NCBI GenBank assembly: GCA_037135035.1
Contig: JBAXLB010000001.1
Location: forward strand, 23,102 to 87,101
DNA from: Candidatus Adlerbacteria bacterium
Lineage (GTDB): Bacteria > Patescibacteriota > Minisyncoccia > Phycocordibacterales > SBAW01
Length of the DNA: 64,000 nucleotides
Reading direction: 5' to 3'
A program made the position numbers and the translations under genes. The notes under the pieces are model-generated. The model worked only from the letters and a program-made list of their open reading frames with translations. It was not told where the DNA came from and did no database searches. Shown here piece after piece: positions 57,943-64,000 of this stretch (position 1 is its first letter; each line of letters begins with the position of its first letter).

Positions 57943-58527
57943 ATGGCAGTCAGTGCAGATGTAGTAAAAGAGCTCCGCGACAAAACAGGCATTTCTGTCA
58001 TGGAATGCAAAAAGGCGCTTGAAGAAGCAGGTGGTGACATGGACAAAGCTATTGTTGTCCTTTCACGCCGCAGTGCAGAAATTGCACGCAAAAAAGGAGA
58101 CCGTTCGTTTGGTGCAGGTACTGTTGCTTCATATATCCACAACACCGGCCAGGTTGGTGCTATGGTTATGCTTTCCTGCGAGACTGACTTTGTCTCAAAG
58201 AACGAAGATTTTATAAAACTCTGCCGCGATATTGCGATGCATGCGGCTGCAACAAAGCCCGAATATATTGCGCGCGAAGACGTGGGCGAAGCTGCGCTTA
58301 AAGAGCTTGAAACAATCTTTTTGCCAGACGTTAAAGACAAGCCAGAAAATTTGCGCGAGCAAATTCTTGCCGGCAAAGTGCAGTCGCGTTTGAAAGAAAT
58401 AGTGCTGCTCGAGCAGTCGTTTATCAAAGACGACAGCAAGACTGTGGCACAGCTCTTGCTCGATGCTGCACAGAAGTTTGGCGAACGTGTCGAGGTAAGC
58501 AAGCTCGGTTGTTTTTCGGTTAAATAG
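57943..58527 (+). CDS. tsf: Elongation factor Ts (short form)
   Basis: 'VKELRDKTGISVMECKKALEEAGGDMDKAIVVL' UBA-like N-terminus. Gene order rpsB-tsf. Confidence 0.9.
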   Translation: MAVSADVVKELRDKTGISVMECKKALEEAGGDMDKAIVVLSRRSAEIARKKGDRSFGAGTVASYIHNTGQVGAMVMLSCETDFVSKNEDFIKLCRDIAMHAAATKPEYIAREDVGEAALKELETIFLPDVKDKPENLREQILAGKVQSRLKEIVLLEQSFIKDDSKTVAQLLLDAAQKFGERVEVSKLGCFSVK

Positions 58528-58545
58528 TACTATATACTGGGTTCT

Positions 58546-58959
58546 ATGGTGCTCTTTTTCACCACAACACTGTTTGTGTCGATAGTCGGGCTCTTGTCGC
58601 TCTTGGCGGTTAAACGCTGGGAGCTAAAGACAGGGAACGTGCTATTCTTGGCACGAGTGCGGCCCACGGTGGGCACCATGGCGCATGTATTTTTGCTCTG
58701 GGTAGAGCGCGTACTCCCGGCGCTTGCGGCGCACCACGGGCAGAGAACAGTTGCTGTAGTGCGTGCGTGGACACACAGGACAATTGCACGCGGGGTGCTT
58801 GCGGCCGAGCGTGGGCTCGAGCATACGCTCGACACAATACGCGGTGCAACCGACCACCCAAAAAGCAGCAAGGAAGCGTCGGCATTTTTACGCGAGGTAG
58901 CCGAGCATAAGCGCAGGTTACTGCGCCGGAAGCCCAGAGAAAAAAAGATTAAAGAATAG
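58546..58959 (+). CDS. Hypothetical membrane-anchored protein with basic C-terminus
   Basis: N-terminal TM 'FFTTTLFVSIVGLLSLLAV'. No recognised domain. Confidence 0.3.
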   Translation: MVLFFTTTLFVSIVGLLSLLAVKRWELKTGNVLFLARVRPTVGTMAHVFLLWVERVLPALAAHHGQRTVAVVRAWTHRTIARGVLAAERGLEHTLDTIRGATDHPKSSKEASAFLREVAEHKRRLLRRKPREKKIKE

Positions 58960-58965
58960 TAGCAT

Positions 58966-59028
58966 GTGCCGCCTTAGGGCCGACGTTTCAGTCGGCCTCC
59001 CGACCTCCTACGGAGCGTCGGGACTCAG
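58966..59028 (+). repeat. Structured repeat A: 'GTGCCGCCTTAG' + two GC hairpins + 'CTCAG' (mimics the tRNA 5' end with an insertion)
   Basis: It shares both 5'/3' borders and both hairpin stems (ccgac...gtcgg) with repeat B at 59304-59365. Its borders equal the first 15 nt of the adjacent tRNA (GCCGCCTTAG|CTCAG). Confidence 0.6.
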
Positions 59029-59035
59029 AAAAAAA

Positions 59036-59299
59036 ATGGCTTGGGTATATATACTCAAAACGAAATCAGGGAAGTATTACGTCGGTAGTACTACTGACAT
59101 GGATGAGCGTTTCAAACATCACATGGGAGGGCACACTCCTTCAACAAAAAGTCTGGGTCCGGAAAAAGTATTATTGAAACAGGAATATAAAACGCTCAAA
59201 GAAGCTCGTTTTGTTGAGGGCAAAATCAAAAACCTGAAACGAAGAGATTACATTGAAAAGATACTGAAAGACGGCTATATTAAGATAGCGTTACGGTAA
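59036..59299 (+). CDS. GIY-YIG nuclease-family protein (small, UPF0213/YhbQ-like)
   Basis: 'WVYILKTKSGKYYVGSTTDMDERFKHH' matches the GIY-x10-YVG motif with a downstream Arg/His. 87 aa. Confidence 0.7.
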   Translation: MAWVYILKTKSGKYYVGSTTDMDERFKHHMGGHTPSTKSLGPEKVLLKQEYKTLKEARFVEGKIKNLKRRDYIEKILKDGYIKIALR

Positions 59300-59303
59300 A
59301 ACA

Positions 59304-59365
59304 GTGCCGCCTTAGTCCCGACGAGCAAGTGCTGTCGGGACCCCGACTGAAACGTCGGGGCTCAG
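59304..59365 (+). repeat. Structured repeat B (direct-repeat partner of A, with hairpin order and orientation swapped)
   Basis: 'GTGCCGCCTTAG-tcccgac..gtcggga-ccccgacTGAAACgtcgggg-CTCAG'. The TGAAAC loop is the reverse complement of the GTTTCA loop in repeat A. Confidence 0.6.
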
Positions 59366-59380
59366 TTATAATAACAATTC

Positions 59381-59456
59381 GCCGCCTTAGCTCAGTTGGT
59401 AGAGCAACTCTTTTGTAAAGAGAAGGTCCCCAGTTCAAATCTGGGAGGCGGCTCCA
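59381..59456 (+). tRNA. tRNA-Thr (anticodon UGU), CCA encoded
   Basis: Manual fold: 7-bp acceptor stem GCCGCCT/AGGCGGC, D-arm GCTC..GAGC, anticodon loop TTTGTAA, 5-nt variable loop, T-arm CCCAG-TTCAAAT-CTGGG, discriminator U, CCA. Confidence 0.8.
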
Positions 59457-59461
59457 AAAAG

Positions 59462-60145
59462 TTAGTTTGAAGCTTTTGTAGAAGTTGCGGCGGTTGAGGT
59501 TGCGAGGGTTTTTAACTCTGGGATAAGCTTTTCGACTTCGTCGAGAGTTTTAAAGCCATACACTGGTGCGCGATTGTTAACTATAAACGCAGGCAGCGGG
59601 CCTTGTAGTTTTTGTAATGCAATAAGTGTCTTTACTGCCGAGAGGTCGAGGTTGTAGTCGAACGAATATACGCGGAGCCCCGGGTATGTTTCCCGCAAGT
59701 AGGAAAGCTCTTGCCCCATGCGGCCGCAGTCTTTGCAGTCACCTCTGTTAGAGTAAAAGTACAGCACAAAGACTGGCTTTGAATGGCATTTTTCTGAAAT
59801 TTGCTGCAGCAAAAGATAGTCTTTAATTTCAAGTAGGGAATACTGCTCTTTTAAATTGATAACCTCTTTGTTGGTAGCTCCCAAGTTTTCTTCTGCGACA
59901 GAAAGGCGGCTTGCGAGAGAGTTAAGCTCATCGGAAAGCACCGGGTTTTCGGCAATTATTTTGCAGTCGAGATGCCCGAGCAGTTCAAACTGTGTTTCGC
60001 TCGAAAGGATGTCGATGGAAATACTTTCTTCCGTTGCGCGGATGTCCGCAATGCGCTGTGTGTCGATCCGTTGTGCGATATAAAATGCGGTACCAAAAAT
60101 CGCCCCAGTGATGACAAATGCGAGGATATATTTCTGCCAGTGCAT
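59462..60145 (-). CDS. Membrane-anchored thioredoxin-like protein (CxxC)
   Basis: N-terminal TM and a 'GDCKDCGRMGQEL' CxxC motif in a ~100-aa C-terminal thioredoxin-like region. Tentative. Confidence 0.35.
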   Translation of the reverse strand: MHWQKYILAFVITGAIFGTAFYIAQRIDTQRIADIRATEESISIDILSSETQFELLGHLDCKIIAENPVLSDELNSLASRLSVAEENLGATNKEVINLKEQYSLLEIKDYLLLQQISEKCHSKPVFVLYFYSNRGDCKDCGRMGQELSYLRETYPGLRVYSFDYNLDLSAVKTLIALQKLQGPLPAFIVNNRAPVYGFKTLDEVEKLIPELKTLATSTAATSTKASN

Positions 60146-60164
60146 AAAAAATAAATGTTTAAAT

Positions 60165-61400
60165 TTAAACCAACCAACCGCGCTCCTGTGCCCACACAGT
60201 GTCCCACAGTGCGCGGGCTAGCCACAAAGGTGCGATGAAGCCAAACAGCGCAAAGTAGGAGATAAAAGCTTTTAGCGGAAGGCGGGTTTGTGCGATGCGT
60301 TGTCCAAGTACAACGGCCATAAGCGTCATACCAAGTGTTGCAATGACAAGGAAGCTAAGCATGCTGGTGTTAATGTAAAACCACTGTAAGGAATTTGTGG
60401 AGACGTGGGGCGGCACGTGCGTCGCCAACATATCCAACACATGTGTGGAGACGAATTCTGTAATACGCCATACGGTGTAGGATGCAGTATAGAGGCCACC
60501 TAAAAAAGCAACGAGCCCAAAGGGGAGCACGAGTACGCCGAAGTGTCCATATTTCCGGTTGAAGTACATATATGAATAGTCGCGGGAATTCTCTAAAAAA
60601 CCACGCGACCAACGGGTGCGCTGGCGAACAAGTGCCCCGACCGTTGGGGGGACATTGGTATACACAAGTGCTGTGTGTACGTTGGTGATTTTGAGTCCAT
60701 TGGCATGCATGCGGAACGCCATCTCCATATCTTCAGTATGATGGGCTTTGCGGAAGAGGCCTATTTTTTCAAACACACTGCGGCGGTAAATGGAAAATGG
60801 ACCCGGCAAAACAGAAATCGCACTCAGGTTGTCAAACATTTTTTTGTAAAATATGCCGAAGGTATACTCGACCGACTGCATAAGTTCGAGCAGGTTGCGC
60901 GGGTGGTTAACCTTCATCGCAGGTGCAACAGCCATCGCTTCGGGGTCCCGTTCAAATTCTTTGGCGACTTCAAGCAATGCGTCTTTTGCTACAAACGAGT
61001 CGGCGTCGAGGCATCCAACAAGGTCGCTTTCTGAGCGGTTAATGGCGTAGTTGAGCGCGGCATATTTACTACCCTCGTTCTTTTTTTGATAGATCTTAAT
61101 TTGTGGGTTGTGTGCAAAAATTTGCGCTGCCTCATACGTGTTGTCGGTCGAACCGTCGTCGACTATAACAATAGACAGTTTGTCCTTTGGGTAGTCCATT
61201 GCAAGGAGCGACTCCACAGTACCTGCAAGTGTCTTTGCTTTGTTCCAGCAGGGGATAATGATGGTCGTACTTGGGTAGTAATTCGGCAAAGTAGCAGTCT
61301 TCTGTTGGGGGCGTTTTTCCAAGAATGAAATAAGCAAAAAAACCTCGAAATAGAGGCCTACAAACAGGAATATATATATGCCAAATGACCCAATGTCCAT
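60165..61400 (-). CDS. Processive family-2 glycosyltransferase (cellulose/chitin/hyaluronan-synthase-like, membrane-embedded)
   Basis: GT2 'IIIPCWNKAKT...VIVDDGSTDNT' (DxD) and 'VRQRTRWSRG' (QxxRW) motifs. N- and C-terminal TM helices. The ORF track extends to 61625. Confidence 0.75.
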   Translation of the reverse strand: MDIGSFGIYIFLFVGLYFEVFLLISFLEKRPQQKTATLPNYYPSTTIIIPCWNKAKTLAGTVESLLAMDYPKDKLSIVIVDDGSTDNTYEAAQIFAHNPQIKIYQKKNEGSKYAALNYAINRSESDLVGCLDADSFVAKDALLEVAKEFERDPEAMAVAPAMKVNHPRNLLELMQSVEYTFGIFYKKMFDNLSAISVLPGPFSIYRRSVFEKIGLFRKAHHTEDMEMAFRMHANGLKITNVHTALVYTNVPPTVGALVRQRTRWSRGFLENSRDYSYMYFNRKYGHFGVLVLPFGLVAFLGGLYTASYTVWRITEFVSTHVLDMLATHVPPHVSTNSLQWFYINTSMLSFLVIATLGMTLMAVVLGQRIAQTRLPLKAFISYFALFGFIAPLWLARALWDTVWAQERGWLV

Positions 61401-61419
61401 TTGACGATTATACCGTATA

Positions 61420-62187
61420 ATGCTCTTTATGGAAACTGAAGCGCGCCTGCCCGCCGACCGGCGGGGACACCTGCACCCAATAAGCTCGCTCATACGCGAA
61501 GCCAATAACATCTTCTCCGAGATGGGTTTTACCTTTGCCGAAGGACCGCTTGTGGAAAAGGAATGGTACAACTTTGACGCGCTTAACGTACCCAAGGACC
61601 ACCCAGCCCGCGATATGCAGGACACCTTTTTTATTAAGGATGAAAAAGAGATGGTCTTGCGTACACATTGTTCGCCAGTGCAGGTGCGTTATATAGAAGA
61701 GCAGTTGAAAAAAAATATCCAGCCGCCGTATCGTGTAATAGTTCCTGGGCCTGTATTCCGCAACGAAGCAACTGACATGACGCATGAAGCAGAGTTTTTT
61801 CAAATGGAATGTTTGGTTGTTGGCGAAGATGTTACACTCGCACATCTAAAAGGAACACTGGAAAAATATTTTACAGAAGTATTTAAGGGGGTCAGTGTTG
61901 AAATTCGTTTCCGTCCGAGCTTTTTTCCTTTTACGGAGCCCAGTGTTGAGGTGGATGTGCGCCTGATTGGTGAAAAAGCTCCCGAAAAACTGCGTGGCCG
62001 CTGGATAGAGATGATGGGCGCTGGTATGGTGCACCCGAACGTTATTAAAAATGCAGGCCTCGACCCACAGAAATATCGTGGGTTTGCATTCGGCATGGGT
62101 CTCGACCGTTTGGCTATTTTGCGTTGGGCAATAGACGACATCCGCCTGATGCATTCGGCTGACCTGCGGTTTGTAAATCAGTTTTAA
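61420..62187 (+). CDS. pheS: Phenylalanine--tRNA ligase alpha subunit (catalytic core only, short form)
   Basis: Class II aaRS motifs 'FRNEATDMTHEAEFFQMECLVVG' and 'GAGMVHPNV...GFAFGMGLDRLAIL'. Confidence 0.85.
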   Translation: MLFMETEARLPADRRGHLHPISSLIREANNIFSEMGFTFAEGPLVEKEWYNFDALNVPKDHPARDMQDTFFIKDEKEMVLRTHCSPVQVRYIEEQLKKNIQPPYRVIVPGPVFRNEATDMTHEAEFFQMECLVVGEDVTLAHLKGTLEKYFTEVFKGVSVEIRFRPSFFPFTEPSVEVDVRLIGEKAPEKLRGRWIEMMGAGMVHPNVIKNAGLDPQKYRGFAFGMGLDRLAILRWAIDDIRLMHSADLRFVNQF

Positions 62188-62190
62188 TAT

Positions 62191-64000
62191 ATGAAAGTAA
62201 GCAAACTCTGGCTCGATAAATTTTTTGATACACCGCTACCAAGCGCGGATGTTTTGAGTAATGCACTTACGTTCCATGCATTTGAAATAGATGGGGTTGA
62301 AAAGGTCGGCGAGGCTAAACCGTCTGACGGTCGCCCGACGGACGTAAGTCCGTTTAGGGATGAAGTACTGGATGTAAAAGTCACCCCAAACCGCGGCCAC
62401 GACGCGCTTTCGCACCGCGGTATCGCAAAAGAACTTTCTGCGATTTTGAAATTGCCGCTTGCACATGACCCGTTTGTTGTAAGTAGCGACTTCTCTAAAA
62501 AAAGTGCCACAGTTACTGTTTCAATACAGAGTGACCTTTGTAAGCGTTATTTTGCGGCATATATAAAAGGCGTAAAAGTCGGACCCTCGCCAAAATGGCT
62601 TAAAGATAGATTGGAAGCAATTGGCCAGCGCTCCATCAACAATGTTGTGGATGCGACAAACTTCGTCATGTTTAACACCGGCCAACCCTTGCACGCATTT
62701 GATGCGGACAAACTTGGAAGCTTGGACATTGGGGTGCGTTTGGCAAAGGCGGGCGAAAAAATGATGGCGCTCGACGGGAAAGAATATGGGCTGAGTGACT
62801 CCAACCTTGTTATTACTGCGGGAGACGTGGCCGTAGGTATTGCCGGCGTGAAGGGCGGTATGGCATGTGGGATTACCGAAGATACAAAAGATATTGTTAT
62901 AGAGTCAGCAAATTTTGACGGAGTTACTGTGCGTAAAAGTGCAGGAACTTTGAAATTGCGCACCGACGCATCGGCACGGTTCGAACAAGGCATTTCTCCC
63001 GAACTTGCCGCAGAAGGTATGAAAGGGATGTTGGAGTTTGTTGCACACCAAATCGGTGGAGAAGTTGCCGGATTTGTAGATGTGTACCCTGAGCCGCAAC
63101 AGCAAACATATGTGTCCGTCACAGTTGAGCAAGTGAATAAAGTTTTGGGTGCCGAACTTACTGGTGCAGACATTGCTGATGTATTTACTCGACTTGGCCT
63201 CGCATACAAAGAGCAGAGCGGTGTGTTCGAGGTGCAGCCACCATTTGAGCGGCTCGACTTGATTATTGCTGAAGACTTGATCGAAGAAGTCGGCCGTATT
63301 GTTGGCTACGACAAAATCCCTGCAACTCCGCTTCCGGCATTTGAGAAAACTTCTGAGTTAAACCAAAACTTTTATACAGCAGAAAAAGTCCGCGAAGAAC
63401 TGCTCGCGCAAGGATATTCGGAAGTGTTTACCAGTGTTTTTGCACCGAAAGGGGAGCGCGTTGTACTCAATAAAGTTGACGGTGTTAACCCATACCTCCG
63501 CACGACCCTTGTCGACGGACTCAATGCTGCACTCAAGAAAAATATCCCCAACAAAGACCTCTTGGGTTTGAAAGAAGTAAAACTCTTCGAGATTGGAGTT
63601 GTTTGGAAAGATGGGAAAGCCTCGCCCGTGGACGGTCTACGGCCGAGGGAAACAACGATGGTCGGAATCGTGACAGAAAAACAACCAGCTGTAGAAGAGC
63701 CGCTCGCCATGCATGCACCAGGTGTGTTTCCTGCTGAATATCAAAACCTGCCACTTTCAGTAGCTGTGCAATACAAACCGTTTTCTAAATACCCGTACAT
63801 TGTCCGCGATGTTGCTGTGTGGACTCCTGCTGGAACCGATGAAAAAAATGTAGCAGAGATGATACAAAGAGAAGCAGGGGAACTATGTTCAAAAGTTTCT
63901 CTCTTCGACACATTCAGCAAAGGTGAAAAAACTTCGCTCGCATTTCGCCTTATTTTCCAATCGTTTGACAGAACACTCACGGAGGTAGAAGTCAACAAAA
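62191..64000 (+). CDS. pheT: Phenylalanine--tRNA ligase beta subunit, 3' end outside the window
   Basis: ATG at 62191, open to the window end. tRNA-binding N-terminal domain, B3/4 domain ('NNVVDATNFVMFNTGQPLHAFDADKL') and B5 domain. Directly follows pheS. Confidence 0.85.
   Translation, partial: MKVSKLWLDKFFDTPLPSADVLSNALTFHAFEIDGVEKVGEAKPSDGRPTDVSPFRDEVLDVKVTPNRGHDALSHRGIAKELSAILKLPLAHDPFVVSSDFSKKSATVTVSIQSDLCKRYFAAYIKGVKVGPSPKWLKDRLEAIGQRSINNVVDATNFVMFNTGQPLHAFDADKLGSLDIGVRLAKAGEKMMALDGKEYGLSDSNLVITAGDVAVGIAGVKGGMACGITEDTKDIVIESANFDGVTVRKSAGTLKLRTDASARFEQGISPELAAEGMKGMLEFVAHQIGGEVAGFVDVYPEPQQQTYVSVTVEQVNKVLGAELTGADIADVFTRLGLAYKEQSGVFEVQPPFERLDLIIAEDLIEEVGRIVGYDKIPATPLPAFEKTSELNQNFYTAEKVREELLAQGYSEVFTSVFAPKGERVVLNKVDGVNPYLRTTLVDGLNAALKKNIPNKDLLGLKEVKLFEIGVVWKDGKASPVDGLRPRETTMVGIVTEKQPAVEEPLAMHAPGVFPAEYQNLPLSVAVQYKPFSKYPYIVRDVAVWTPAGTDEKNVAEMIQREAGELCSKVSLFDTFSKGEKTSLAFRLIFQSFDRTLTEVEVNK

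Noticed and set aside
58964-59035. N-terminal extension of the GIY-YIG ORF in the track (MCRLRADVSVGLPTSYGASGLRKK...)
   Set aside because: These 24 codons are the translation of structured repeat A (hairpins). The GIY-YIG homology begins at the internal Met (59036).
61401-61421. TTGACG ... TATAAT hexamers in the GT2/pheS divergent junction
   Set aside because: The spacer is only ~9 nt, far from the 17±1 nt of sigma70-type promoters, and the -10-like hexamer overlaps the pheS start codon. Probably coincidental.
62547-63209. 220-aa minus-strand ORF within pheT
   Set aside because: It is antisense to PheT beta-subunit coding sequence, which continues in frame to the window end.
1-64000. CRISPR arrays, rRNA genes and recognisable transposase/integrase or toxin-antitoxin genes
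   Set aside because: No regularly spaced short direct repeats were seen. No rRNA-like conserved stretches, DDE/tyrosine-recombinase motifs or toxin-antitoxin gene pairs were recognised when reading the window.

Overview
The window carries about 60 genes, almost gap-free, from a small, gene-dense bacterial genome with ~52% GC and the standard genetic code. SecA, for example, has no in-frame stops. Many housekeeping proteins are unusually short: PheS is 255 aa, EF-Ts 194 aa, RF1 323 aa, and Obg lacks the C-terminal domain seen in longer Obg proteins. Together with the giant surface protein, this fits a reduced-genome, possibly episymbiotic Patescibacteria/CPR-like bacterium. That lineage call is an inference.

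From start to end the window contains:
(i) 1-10 kb: a Wzx/Wzy-type surface-glycan locus. It has a methyltransferase fragment, a ColD/RfbH-type His-for-Lys sugar 3-dehydrase, a DUF288-like putative glycosyltransferase (GT), a GT11 alpha-1,2-fucosyltransferase, Fcl/ColC, Gmd, a Nudix-like protein, a Wzx flippase and an O-antigen-ligase-like protein with TPR repeats.
(ii) 10-18.4 kb: murB, secA, a Nudix hydrolase, ccdA, obg and gatB.
(iii) 18.8-27.0 kb: a gene for a 2733-aa Thr/Ser/Gly/Ala-rich repetitive surface-fibre protein. Its N-terminal excisionase-like HTH module plus one TM helix are also found in the small upstream gene.
(iv) 27-47.8 kb: an accessory island dominated by seven paralogs of an uncharacterised Cys/His-rich extracytoplasmic protein family, two of them fused to cupredoxin-like domains. 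Interspersed are three tandem secreted paralogs, a CapK/PaaK-like adenylate-forming enzyme, an esterase and several secreted or membrane hypotheticals.
(v) 47.8-64 kb: core metabolism and translation genes. These are gap, rpiB, rpe, a split transketolase, a PfkB kinase, fba, rplY, an SLT-like hydrolase, rpmE, prfA, rpsB, tsf, a GIY-YIG gene flanked by tRNA-5'-end-like structured repeats beside tRNA-Thr(UGU), a processive GT2, pheS and partial pheT.

No CRISPR array, rRNA or recognisable transposase/integrase was found.
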